DNA of 64,000 bases, taken from positions 58,304 to 122,303 of the IMG/VR virus record IMGVR_UViG_3300032050_000028; one strand, 5' to 3'. The stretch is from a virus. Taxonomy: Duplodnaviria > Caudoviricetes. The position numbers were made by a program, and so were the translations under genes. The notes beneath the pieces are model-generated. The model saw only the letters and a program-made list of their open reading frames with translations, ran no database searches and was not told the DNA's origin. Shown here in pieces: positions 1-9,574 of this stretch (its first letter is position 1; each line of letters opens with the position of its first letter).

Positions 1-597
1 TTCAAAAGTGGCAACCCAGTCTTGAATATCTGTTGAAAGATTTTTACCAGTCGTGTCATAGTAATTAAAAACTTTACTAATGTCTCCAATTTTTAAAAGT
101 ATTTCAGAGAAAAGAATTGCACTTTTATTAAGTCCTTTTACATTGTGTTTAGAAATTAAGTGATAAAGATAAGTAATTTCTGTCGCATTTAACTTATGAC
201 ATGCCATATCGGTTGAATTTTTAAGCTTGGTGGATTTCATTTCATCAAACATTGACTTTAACTCGATTGCAAAAAATACGGTATTGACATCATATTCAAG
301 TTTTGTTAAAACTAAGTCTGTTAAAAAGTTTAACTGGTCTTGATTAAGATAGAAGTTATATTTTGCATCTTTAAGATTTTTTGCAAATTCTTTCCACAAT
401 TTTTGTGACTCTAAATAAAGAGAATCTTGTTCTTGATTAGATTTTCCTTTACCGTGATTATTATTTATATAATCATTTACACTTTTTATTGAATTATCCA
501 GTTCAGTTTCAAAATTTGAGTCTATAAGTAGATATTCAGTTTCATTTACTGTAAAAGAAGTTTTTGGTTTAACAACATTTGTTTGAAAATTTTCCAT
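1..597 (-). CDS. hypothetical protein, 3' end truncated by the window edge (>=199 aa)
   Basis: Read by hand, not in the ORF track: ATG at 597, MENFQTNVVKPKTSFTVNETEY..., open to position 1. Confidence 0.8.
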   Translation of the reverse strand, partial: MENFQTNVVKPKTSFTVNETEYLLIDSNFETELDNSIKSVNDYINNNHGKGKSNQEQDSLYLESQKLWKEFAKNLKDAKYNFYLNQDQLNFLTDLVLTKLEYDVNTVFFAIELKSMFDEMKSTKLKNSTDMACHKLNATEITYLYHLISKHNVKGLNKSAILFSEILLKIGDISKVFNYYDTTGKNLSTDIQDWVATFE

Positions 598-620
598 AAT
601 TTATATTTATATTTTATTTT

Positions 621-866
621 TTATCCTTTGATAACACTACTTAGTGTTATATCAAATAATTCATCTAAAGATGATAATTTGTCTTTAGCATCTGTGTATT
701 TTTCAATCCAAAGATTGAATTCAGTCATTAGATCAGAGTGTTCTCCAATTCCTGTAAGATTGGATGAGTAAAGAGATAAATTTGCTTTAGCTTCTTCCAT
801 CTCTGCTAAGTATTTAATTCGTAGAGCCGAGATATAATTTTTTCCTATTTCATTTGGTTTAATCAT
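621..866 (-). CDS. hypothetical protein
   Basis: 81-aa ORF, tightly packed in a minus-strand run. Confidence 0.7.
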   Translation of the reverse strand: MIKPNEIGKNYISALRIKYLAEMEEAKANLSLYSSNLTGIGEHSDLMTEFNLWIEKYTDAKDKLSSLDELFDITLSSVIKG

Positions 867-868
867 GA

Positions 869-1297
869 TTATATAATAAATTCTTCGTCTTTAGCATCAC
901 TTTGTTGCTCTTGATATAACTCTTCTACTTTATTTGCTCTAGCAACTTTTTCTACTCCGTATTTATTTACTAAAGATGAAAAAGTATTTAGGTCTGTTTT
1001 TACTAATTTTATTTTACCCGAATCTAAGTTAATATTTATTTTATCAATTTCTTGTTCAAATAAAATAGTTACTGACTCATCATCATAAACATTCATTAGG
1101 TCTTCATTGATGCAAACTTTGAGTTCTTTCTGAAGAATGAAAGCGTAATCATCGGCTACTTTAGCAATCTTAATTAGGTTTTTTTGTTTGCTGTCTCCAA
1201 TAAATTGGAATTTTACAGATACGGGAAATGACTTTTTGTTGAAAACTTCAAAAAAGTCATTAGTGGTATCCTCAGATAATTCATAAAATCTATCCAT
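869..1297 (-). CDS. hypothetical protein, possibly related to putative phage metallopeptidases (no HExxH)
   Basis: 142 aa; the ...ILFEQEIDKI...GKIKL.KTDL.TFS.LV.KYG pattern resembles that family; AAAC-N17-ATATAA upstream. Confidence 0.4.
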   Translation of the reverse strand: MDRFYELSEDTTNDFFEVFNKKSFPVSVKFQFIGDSKQKNLIKIAKVADDYAFILQKELKVCINEDLMNVYDDESVTILFEQEIDKININLDSGKIKLVKTDLNTFSSLVNKYGVEKVARANKVEELYQEQQSDAKDEEFII

Positions 1298-1343
1298 TTT
1301 GTTAATATAATTTTTTTATTATATTGTTATTTTGGGATAAAGT

Positions 1344-1763
1344 TTATAATAAGATTAAAAGTAATGCGATAATTGAAATTGATATACCTGGTATTACTCC
1401 ATAATATAGAGTGTTATAATATTTTTGACTTTTGAAAAGTGAAAATCCAAAAACTAAAAGATATGAGTATTTGTCTACTTTTTGAATTTCATAAACATCA
1501 TAAAGTTCTTTTAGATTTTTATTATCTAAATAGTTTGATAGTTCTGATGAGAATTGTCTTAAGTAAGTTTCTGATATTCTATCAATATCAGATTTTTTTA
1601 TAGAATATGCTTCTCCTATTAATTCTTCGGGAATATTTATTACAGTATAAAGTCTTTGAGCTTTATCAACTCTTATATTGAACATAGTTTCTAGCTCAGT
1701 TTTATTCTGGCTAATAAATTTTCTGTATGTGAGAAATAATTTTAACTTTTTAAACATATCCAT
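1344..1763 (-). CDS. hypothetical protein with C-terminal membrane anchor
   Basis: 139 aa, hydrophobic C-terminus GVIPGISISIIALLLILL. Confidence 0.7.
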   Translation of the reverse strand: MDMFKKLKLFLTYRKFISQNKTELETMFNIRVDKAQRLYTVINIPEELIGEAYSIKKSDIDRISETYLRQFSSELSNYLDNKNLKELYDVYEIQKVDKYSYLLVFGFSLFKSQKYYNTLYYGVIPGISISIIALLLILL

Positions 1764-1786
1764 TATATTTTTTATTTTAAAATTGT

Positions 1787-4700
1787 TTACATTTTATCTA
1801 ACGGAGGAGCTTGTTTGATTTTACCATCGGTTTGTAATGTAATAAATTCATCAATTGTAGCAGTAGATCTTGCAATCATTTTTAATATTTTATTTGTTTT
1901 TTCAACCTGTTCTGATAAATACCAAATGTTATTTTTTTGTTGAAGATTTCCCTTTAAAGCTGGACCACTATCTTCTCCCTCTTTTTTCCCACTTGCTGTT
2001 ACACGAGCCATCTCACCATCAGTTTTTCCAACTTTTTTGTTGGATGATTCTCTAACATCAATTTGTTTCCCACTCTGAATCGCATTTGTAAGCATCGCTA
2101 ATTGTGAAAAACTTTTTAAATTTAACAATTTCATTGCGAATCCTAATTTAATTAATGAGTTTGCTAATGCATCATATCCTTTTGATAAAGTTATCATTTG
2201 TTTTGCCATCTGAGTTATAGGATCGTTACCCGTTAAATTTTTAGCAGCGTCTGCTAATGATCCAAGAATACCTCCTCCTTTTGATTTTTGAAGTTCTCTA
2301 ACTAATGAATTAAAATCTAATAAACTCTTTCTTATTCTTTTTACCCAGTTTTGGTCAAATTTTGTATCAAAGAATTTTTTATTTTTAGCAAATATTTTCG
2401 CAATGTTTGACATTTTATTTGCTACAACAATAGGATTATTTAAAATACTTAAATCTAATTCTGCTATAGATTGTGATACTCTTACAAAACTTCCAACTGC
2501 TAATTTTAAAGCCCAAGACCATTTTTTTGTTGGATAAGATTTCCAGTCAATGTTTTTATTTGAAAATTTGAGACCTACTGCAACTATAGCTCCTGCGATA
2601 CTCTTAATTCCATTTACCATTCCTTTGATGACATCATCTCCGGATGAGAACCATCCAGTATCTTCACTTAGAGCTTTGAATACCGGAGCAAAAGCTCTGA
2701 TAGCTGCTCCTACACCCTGTCCCCATTTTGCAGAAGGATAATTTCCTTTATCAAAAGTTGCTTTGTTTTTTCCAAATATTCCAGCTGCTTCCACAATACC
2801 TTTAGATATTGTTATAATTGCTTTCTTGAATTTATCGATTGAAACTCCTGAACCAAAAAGTCCTTTCTCGGCTGCTAAAATTTTATACACAGGTGCGAAT
2901 GCTCCAATGGCTAATCCGACACCTTCGGCCCATTTTTTAGAAGGTCCGCCTTTATAAACCGCTTTCATGCCCGGTGCTCCAAAGAAGTTAGCAGCATCAA
3001 CAATACCCTGAGAAATAGTCCTTATTGCAGCTGCGAATTTCGTAGGACTTGGTCCTGATCCAGCAAATATAGACATAATTCCACCGCTCATCAACATTTT
3101 ATAAATAGGTGAAAATGCGCCTAATGCTATTGAAACACCTTCAGCCCACTTCTTAGTTGGACCTTGTTTCCAAACAGCTCCACTTTTTGCAAAAATACCA
3201 GCAACATCTACAATTGATTGAGCAATTAGTTTTACTGCGGCTGAACCTGCTTTTATGGCAACGTATCCAAGTCCTAAACTAGATACTATTAGTAATCCTA
3301 CTCCAAGAATAGCTCCTCCGAATACTAACATTAAAGATCCAACTGATGAGGCCCATTGCCAATTTGGACCTTTATTATATTTTCCTTTTGAAAGTATCTC
3401 ATCTACCGCAACAATCGTCTTTGCTATCTTTGGAACCATTTTTGTTCCTACTACAATAGCTAACGCTCCCAATCCAAATCCTGTTATAGCTAATATACCG
3501 AGAGTTACGACCGCTGCTCCAAAAATTGCTAACAGAGCTCCTATACTCAAAATCCATCTGGCTCCTGGGAATTTATCATATTTACCTTTACCTATTATTT
3601 TATCAGTTGCTAAAATTGTCGCTGCGATTAGTATAACTGCTCCAGCTCCAGCAATCATCGCTACTGCTCCTAAGCCAAATCCTGTTATAGCTAATATACC
3701 TAAGGTTACAACCGCTGCTCCAAATCCAGTCATTACTGCTCCAACACTTAATATCCATTTTAAACCTGGATATTTATCATATTTACCCTTACCTATTATT
3801 TTATCAGTTTCTACAATTGTCGCTGCTATCAGTAAAACCGCTAATGAGCCAGCCACCAACGCTACTGCTCCTAATCCAAATCCTGTGATTGCTAATACAC
3901 CTAGTGTTACAACTGCTGCTCCAAAAGCAGTCATTACGGTTCCAACACTTAATATCCATTTTAAACCTGGATATTTATCATATTTACCTTTTCTGATTAT
4001 ACCATCTACTTTAACAATTGTCTTTGCAATCATTGGGACAACTAATACTCCTGCTAAAACAGCTACTAACCCTATACCTGTCAGTGCTAAAGCTCCTAGT
4101 CCTACTATAGCAATTGCAAATCCAGTCATTACAGATCCTACACTTAGTATCCATTTTAAACTTGGATATTTATCATATTTACCTTTTCTTATTACTTTAT
4201 CAACTAAAACTATAGATAGGGCAACTAATGGAACTAGTAACATTCCTGCAGCAACCGCTGCGATTCCGATACCTGTCAATGCTATTGCTCCTAAAGCAAC
4301 TACTGCTGCTCCGAATATAGTCATTGATAGTCCTACACTAAGAGACCATTTCCAACTTGGATATTTCGAATACGTTCCGGCATTCAAAATGTGAGAAGAT
4401 GCCATAATAGCAGCTGCTATTAGTGGTATCATTAAAACACCTAATCCTATTGCTCCTGCTCCAACCCCTGAAGCAGCTACCGCCCCAACTAATAATACGG
4501 AAGGTAACATTGCTAATACAATAATAGCCAGTGCTACTCCAAATACTGCTATCTGTAGAATTTTTCCGAGTGCAATGTCAGCGCTCATATTTAATATGTG
4601 AGAAGAGAGCATTATAGCAGCTGAAATTGCTACAAATACAAGTGGGAATAAGAATACTCCTTTTTTACCAAGTATTTTATCAATTATATATAAACCAGCT

Positions 4701-5932
4701 GCTAGTTCTGGCATTACATAGGACATAAGTGCGAACAATAGAGCTATTCCAAGTGCTGTCAAAAATTGTGATAGTGTTGTAGGTATAATTAAAGCCATCA
4801 CCCATGATGAAAGAGTTATTGCTGTAGCGATTCCAACAAGAGTGAGTAATAAAACACTTTTCTTAATTTTTAATTTATCAAATGCTGCTATACCCAGTGC
4901 AATTTTTTCAAAATTTAATGATATAATTAAAAATATTGCGGATATTAAAATGGCTGTTATAGCTTTTCCGAAACTCATAGGTATAATTAAGGCCATAATC
5001 CAAGATGATAAAGTAATTGCGGTAGCAATTCCAACGAGTGTCAATATTAAAGCTGATTTTTTAACATTTAGTTTATCAAAGGCAGCTACTCCCAGTGCTA
5101 TCTTTTCAAAGTTGAATGCTATTACTGCAAAAACACCTGCTATTAATATTGCTGTGAGTGCTTGTAGAAATCCAATTGGAGTTACAAGTAGTAAAATCCA
5201 GGATGATGCGGTAATTGCTGCTGCTATTGAAACTAATGCTAAAACTAAGGCAGTTTTTTTAACTCTTAGTCTATGAAAGACCGCTACTGCAATAAATACC
5301 TTTTCTAATTTGGATGCCATCACCGCAAACATTGCAGCAATTAAAATAGCTGTAACCATTTGTGCGAATCCAATTGGTGTTATTAGTTTTAAAATCCATG
5401 AAGACATAGTTATTGCAACCGCCATTAGAACTAATGCTAAAGAAGCAACTAATACTTCTTTTACTTCGAGTTTTAATTTCGCTACTTTTTCAAAAGCAAA
5501 AGAAATTGCCAATATGGCTAATCCAAGTCCAATAACAGAAAGAAAATCTATTTTACCGACTAATTTGAAAGCCATTCCTATTGCTAATACAGCAATCGCT
5601 ATTAATATGATAGTCGCTACTCCTTTTTTAAGACTACTTTCCTTTTTCTTGTCACCACCTGCTTCCTCAAAAAGTCCAGATTTTTTATCACTAGACTTTT
5701 TCTTTTGCATAGAAAGAATTGTTTGTTGTTGGCGAAGTATCTCCTGAGTGTCTTTTTTGATTGATTTTATCTCAACACTAATTTCTTTTAGTTGATCACC
5801 AAAATCTCCTTTAGTAAGAGCAGCTCCAGTAGCAGAGCCTCCACCTTTTTTTTCTCTATTCTTTAATGCTTCCGTCATGTCTTCCAAAGCGAAGGCAACA
5901 TTCTCTAAAGCTTTTAATAACTGTTTATCCAT
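1787..5932 (-). CDS. tape-measure-like protein with long hydrophobic repeats
   Basis: 1381 aa, Ala/Gly/Ile-rich; tandem ~65-75 aa repeats with GKYDKYPxLKW / GPSKKWAEG anchors; coiled-coil termini; TATATATA motif upstream. Confidence 0.6.
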   Translation of the reverse strand: MDKQLLKALENVAFALEDMTEALKNREKKGGGSATGAALTKGDFGDQLKEISVEIKSIKKDTQEILRQQQTILSMQKKKSSDKKSGLFEEAGGDKKKESSLKKGVATIILIAIAVLAIGMAFKLVGKIDFLSVIGLGLAILAISFAFEKVAKLKLEVKEVLVASLALVLMAVAITMSSWILKLITPIGFAQMVTAILIAAMFAVMASKLEKVFIAVAVFHRLRVKKTALVLALVSIAAAITASSWILLLVTPIGFLQALTAILIAGVFAVIAFNFEKIALGVAAFDKLNVKKSALILTLVGIATAITLSSWIMALIIPMSFGKAITAILISAIFLIISLNFEKIALGIAAFDKLKIKKSVLLLTLVGIATAITLSSWVMALIIPTTLSQFLTALGIALLFALMSYVMPELAAGLYIIDKILGKKGVFLFPLVFVAISAAIMLSSHILNMSADIALGKILQIAVFGVALAIIVLAMLPSVLLVGAVAASGVGAGAIGLGVLMIPLIAAAIMASSHILNAGTYSKYPSWKWSLSVGLSMTIFGAAVVALGAIALTGIGIAAVAAGMLLVPLVALSIVLVDKVIRKGKYDKYPSLKWILSVGSVMTGFAIAIVGLGALALTGIGLVAVLAGVLVVPMIAKTIVKVDGIIRKGKYDKYPGLKWILSVGTVMTAFGAAVVTLGVLAITGFGLGAVALVAGSLAVLLIAATIVETDKIIGKGKYDKYPGLKWILSVGAVMTGFGAAVVTLGILAITGFGLGAVAMIAGAGAVILIAATILATDKIIGKGKYDKFPGARWILSIGALLAIFGAAVVTLGILAITGFGLGALAIVVGTKMVPKIAKTIVAVDEILSKGKYNKGPNWQWASSVGSLMLVFGGAILGVGLLIVSSLGLGYVAIKAGSAAVKLIAQSIVDVAGIFAKSGAVWKQGPTKKWAEGVSIALGAFSPIYKMLMSGGIMSIFAGSGPSPTKFAAAIRTISQGIVDAANFFGAPGMKAVYKGGPSKKWAEGVGLAIGAFAPVYKILAAEKGLFGSGVSIDKFKKAIITISKGIVEAAGIFGKNKATFDKGNYPSAKWGQGVGAAIRAFAPVFKALSEDTGWFSSGDDVIKGMVNGIKSIAGAIVAVGLKFSNKNIDWKSYPTKKWSWALKLAVGSFVRVSQSIAELDLSILNNPIVVANKMSNIAKIFAKNKKFFDTKFDQNWVKRIRKSLLDFNSLVRELQKSKGGGILGSLADAAKNLTGNDPITQMAKQMITLSKGYDALANSLIKLGFAMKLLNLKSFSQLAMLTNAIQSGKQIDVRESSNKKVGKTDGEMARVTASGKKEGEDSGPALKGNLQQKNNIWYLSEQVEKTNKILKMIARSTATIDEFITLQTDGKIKQAPPLDKM
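3340..4390 (-). repeat. intragenic tandem repeat, unit about 195-201 nt (65-67 aa)
   Basis: ccaacacttaatatccattttaaacctggatatttatcatatttacc recurs at 3741 and 3942 (201-nt period), with degenerate copies either side. Confidence 0.85.
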
Positions 5933-5982
5933 AAAAAACTTTCAATTTCAAAGTATATATAAAAAACATAGATACTTCTTAT

Positions 5983-5990
5983 AATATATA
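5983..5990 (+). promoter_or_regulatory. AATATATA late-type phage promoter (representative of >20 copies)
   Basis: 4 nt before ATG 5995; same motif precedes many genes on both strands; analogous to the T4 late TATAAATA box. Confidence 0.65.
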
Positions 5991-5994
5991 ACTT

Positions 5995-6444
5995 ATGAAT
6001 ATTAGAAAAATGATACAACATTACATACTTGGAGAATCACTTAAAGAGATTGAGATTAAAAGAATTTTGAATAAAATTTGTCAAAAGTCTAAATTAACAT
6101 CAAAAGAACATAATTTTTTAGATCTTTATAATGAAACTCAATTATCTAATAACAGAGATTATATGTTACTTTCAAAAAGCGTAGTTTCTACTAAAATAAA
6201 AGAAATGATAGTACTAGGTAAAAAAGTAATTTGTAATTTAACAGATAGAGATGGTAAGTTAGGTTTAGAAATAATAGATGTTGAAAATGACTATGAGAAA
6301 GATTCATCAGTAATTATCATGAAAGGTAGTATAAAACATAATTTACATGAAAAATTTCTTTATAATTTAATATATAACTTAAAGAAAGACCATTATTCAT
6401 TAGAAGAACATGATGAGTACTTTGAAAAAATTGAAGCCAGTTAA
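5995..6444 (+). CDS. hypothetical protein
   Basis: 149-aa ORF. Confidence 0.75.
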   Translation: MNIRKMIQHYILGESLKEIEIKRILNKICQKSKLTSKEHNFLDLYNETQLSNNRDYMLLSKSVVSTKIKEMIVLGKKVICNLTDRDGKLGLEIIDVENDYEKDSSVIIMKGSIKHNLHEKFLYNLIYNLKKDHYSLEEHDEYFEKIEAS

Positions 6445-6716
6445 TGAAGATTAAAAAATGGAAACAATTTAATGAAGAAATATCTGGTACTGAATTAGTT
6501 GGTCCTGTTGGTCCTGCTTATGGAGAAACCAGACTTCAAAATAAAACTATATCTTCACACCACACTAATGTAATTGAGGGAATTGATGGTAATTTTTATA
6601 CTGAAGATGAGTATAATGAATTGCACAATAACTATCTGAAATCCGGAGGTACTCCTTTAGACGGATTTTCAAAAGAAAACATTGATATTATGTTGAGTTT
6701 TTTACAGGAAGCTTAG
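6444..6716 (+). CDS. small protein with capsid-targeting-like N-terminus
   Basis: starts MKIKKWKQFNEE. Confidence 0.7.
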   Translation: MKIKKWKQFNEEISGTELVGPVGPAYGETRLQNKTISSHHTNVIEGIDGNFYTEDEYNELHNNYLKSGGTPLDGFSKENIDIMLSFLQEA

Positions 6717-6756
6717 ATTTATAATATATACCTACGATAAAAACAGAAATCAACGT

Positions 6757-8097
6757 ATGAGTAAATTAATAACCTTAAATGGAATTGACGATGAGCAACT
6801 TATATCAGAATTGTTCAATGATGAAATCCTTGTATTGGAAGATATTCAAGGATCAAAAATATGGGTCAATTGGAATGGAAATGAATTTGAAATTAGACCA
6901 AAGTCTATTTCAAATGAGCCAATAAATTTGATAGATTTGGCTATGCAAAATTACTATAATCCGGTAATTAAGTTCTTTAGTGAATTAGACGTAAATGTGA
7001 AGAATTTACTCAATAGAAAATGGTGGTTTTGTTTTGAATATTTTCCTGATAATCAACCTGCTAATATTGAGTATAATAGAGTTCCTCAAAATCAATTAGT
7101 TATCACTGCTATTAATAAAAATAAAAAGTATGACTTTTCAATAGATGAGTTAGATGAGTATGCTAGATTATTTCAAGTTGATTTGATACCCGTTATTTAC
7201 CAGGGTCAATTGACCGAGACTATGAAAGAGGCGATAAAATACTTTATTAACACTTCGGAAGAAGATTTAGAATATGTTTTTGGTGAAAAATCATTTGCTT
7301 ATTTTTTCTATAAAATACTAAATCCTAGTTTAGATAATTCCTTTTTAATGAATGAAGACTTTCAAAAGAATTTAGAAAAATTAGTTATTAGAAGTCAAAG
7401 TAGAGATATTTCTTTTGAATTATTGAATCCTCTTTATAAAAGATTCAGTGATACTAATCAGACAGATTTTGTTGAAATTTATACTTTAATACTTGTGAAT
7501 TTCTTAAATTTTTGTCAGTCGGTAAATTTGACCGATATAAATTTAAAAGGTGAGAAAAAGGATGAAATCTACATCTATCTTATTTGTAAGTTATTCAATA
7601 TCTATATGAGTGAAGTAAAAGAAGATTTATTAAATTTTGACTTCACTGTTCCTGAATTTTTCGACAAAGAGAAGTTCAAAATTAATACCGAGTTAATTAA
7701 AAATAAATTAACTAAAGACTATATAACAGAAGATAAAAAGTTAGAATATATTTTTAAAGTGATATTAGGATCATTCAATAAAAAGAGAAAGAAAGCTATT
7801 GGTGTATTTACGGAAAATACAGTCAGTTTATTTAACAAATTTGTAGATGATATTGATGTATATATTTCTAAATATCTAAATAAGATGCATGAAATAGAAT
7901 TAGGACGAGCTGGTCTTTTAGACTTTGGTGACTTCTTTGAGATTCAATATGACACAGATGCTGAGGGTCAAGTATATCCTGACGTATATGATGAGTTTGA
8001 GAAAGGAATTCCTTCTGATAAAAAGAAAAAAGGAAAAGGTGGAAAAATGCCAATAACACCAGAATCAACAGACGAGCCTAAAACACCTCTTAAATGA
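6757..8097 (+). CDS. RNA-ligase-fold (Rnl2-like) protein with degenerate active site
   Basis: LEDIQGS at motif I (ExKxDG expected), FCFEYF, IPVIYQG, EKLVIR and FELLNP at motif III/IV/V positions. Confidence 0.45.
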   Translation: MSKLITLNGIDDEQLISELFNDEILVLEDIQGSKIWVNWNGNEFEIRPKSISNEPINLIDLAMQNYYNPVIKFFSELDVNVKNLLNRKWWFCFEYFPDNQPANIEYNRVPQNQLVITAINKNKKYDFSIDELDEYARLFQVDLIPVIYQGQLTETMKEAIKYFINTSEEDLEYVFGEKSFAYFFYKILNPSLDNSFLMNEDFQKNLEKLVIRSQSRDISFELLNPLYKRFSDTNQTDFVEIYTLILVNFLNFCQSVNLTDINLKGEKKDEIYIYLICKLFNIYMSEVKEDLLNFDFTVPEFFDKEKFKINTELIKNKLTKDYITEDKKLEYIFKVILGSFNKKRKKAIGVFTENTVSLFNKFVDDIDVYISKYLNKMHEIELGRAGLLDFGDFFEIQYDTDAEGQVYPDVYDEFEKGIPSDKKKKGKGGKMPITPESTDEPKTPLK

Positions 8098-8285
8098 TGA
8101 AGGAAATTAATCTTAATATGACTTCTGTTGAGGTTAGATCTGAAACAAGATCTCTAAGAGCTACTTGGTCACATGAAATGGTGCAGGATTTAAACTCATA
8201 TCATGGTGTTTCCTTAGAGAAAGAAATAGAAAGAATTTTTAGAATTGAAAAACGAAAAAATTCAATCAAAAATATATTTCCTTAA
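8094..8285 (+). CDS. mini-protein resembling a gp23-type major capsid protein segment plus basic tag
   Basis: TRSLRATWSHEMVQDLNSYHG vs recalled T4 gp23 SRQLKAAYSIELAQDLRAVHG; C-terminal KRKNSIKNIF. Confidence 0.7.
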   Translation: MMKEINLNMTSVEVRSETRSLRATWSHEMVQDLNSYHGVSLEKEIERIFRIEKRKNSIKNIFP

Positions 8286-8288
8286 CAA

Positions 8289-8315
8289 AAACCATAATGT
8301 GAATATCATATATAA
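8289..8315 (+). promoter_or_regulatory. AAAC-N17-ATATAA promoter (middle/replication class)
   Basis: AAAC 8289-8292, ATATAA 8310-8315; the same spacing recurs before about 10 genes. Confidence 0.6.
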
Positions 8316-8320
8316 TCTAT

Positions 8321-9550
8321 ATGAAAATATCCAATAATTTACCTTCTCTTTATAAATCAAATATTACTAAAAAACTTAATAAAAAAAATCAATCTTTACA
8401 ATTCTTACCTAAATGTCTTGAATTAGTTTCCAAGACAAGTCATATCTTTTACAAAGATGAAAAAATTAAGACTTCTTACTTAATTGATATCGTTCATAAC
8501 CTTCTTCTTAAATATTATTTTAAGAAAGAAAATAAATTTACGATAAATGCTCAAGTTTTAAAAGATAAATATGGATACTTATACAAACATTATATTGATT
8601 ATCTTGTTGATAAAAGTATAATAAAGATGATTTGTAATTATAAAAAAGGTGTTACGTCTAGAATCTATTCTTTAAATCCTACAATATTTAAAGAACAGAT
8701 TAAAAGAACAAATAATCAAGATAAAGTTTTGGTAAAAAAATATAAAAAGAAAATATTTGACACTATTGAATTTGTAGATATTGATAAGTCTTCTATTAAT
8801 ATAGATATACGAGAAAAATTAATATCAGACCTTTTTTCAGTTGATATTGATTTTGAAAGAAGTCTATTTTATTTGAACTGTCTTAAAAAAGAAGACATTG
8901 ACATTTATAATAGAAATATTTATTCAGTTGAATCAATAAATGATAAACATATATTTTACCATTTTGATGATTATGGAAGACTTCATACAAATTTTACAAT
9001 ACTAAAATCATTTATACGTAAAAATTGTTTATTAATAGACGGACTAGAGACTTTTGAATTAGATATTAAAAATAGTCAGCCTCTTTTCTTATGTAAATTG
9101 ATTTCTGACTCACAAACCGCATGGGTCAATCGAGATGAATTTGAATTTTTTAAGCAACTAACAATGACTGGGAAATTTTATCAATTTTTAATGCAATCAA
9201 CTGGTGAAAAAGATAGAAATTTAGTAAAGGAAATGACATATAAGGTTCTTTTTGGAAGAAACAGAAGCAACTCAAAAGCGGACATTGAATTTAATAAATT
9301 ATTTCCTACAATTTATAATTTCATAAAGTTATATAAAAAAGAATGGGGTAATCATAAAGTATTGGCTCATGATTTACAAAGAGCTGAATCAAAATTAATC
9401 TACAATAAAATCATAAAAAAAATTATGATTTTATATCCTGATATAAAATTAATAACGGTTCATGATAGTATAGTTTTTCCTAAAATATATAAAGAAGAAA
9501 TCAAAAATATTTTTGATTATGAGTTATCAAAAGAATTTGATTTAAAGTGA
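8321..9550 (+). CDS. small family-A polymerase palm-domain protein (no exonuclease domain)
   Basis: GRLHT, motif A ELDIKNSQP, motif B R...K...VLFG, LQRAES, motif C TVHDSI. Confidence 0.6.
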   Translation: MKISNNLPSLYKSNITKKLNKKNQSLQFLPKCLELVSKTSHIFYKDEKIKTSYLIDIVHNLLLKYYFKKENKFTINAQVLKDKYGYLYKHYIDYLVDKSIIKMICNYKKGVTSRIYSLNPTIFKEQIKRTNNQDKVLVKKYKKKIFDTIEFVDIDKSSINIDIREKLISDLFSVDIDFERSLFYLNCLKKEDIDIYNRNIYSVESINDKHIFYHFDDYGRLHTNFTILKSFIRKNCLLIDGLETFELDIKNSQPLFLCKLISDSQTAWVNRDEFEFFKQLTMTGKFYQFLMQSTGEKDRNLVKEMTYKVLFGRNRSNSKADIEFNKLFPTIYNFIKLYKKEWGNHKVLAHDLQRAESKLIYNKIIKKIMILYPDIKLITVHDSIVFPKIYKEEIKNIFDYELSKEFDLK

Positions 9551-9574
9551 AAAACTAATATTAATATATATTCT

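Noticed and set aside
2550-5747. Long plus-strand ORFs (e.g. 3255-4394, 379 aa) opposite the tape-measure-like gene
   Set aside because: Antisense shadows of a repetitive Ala/Gly/Ile-rich gene; no promoter and no protein-like features
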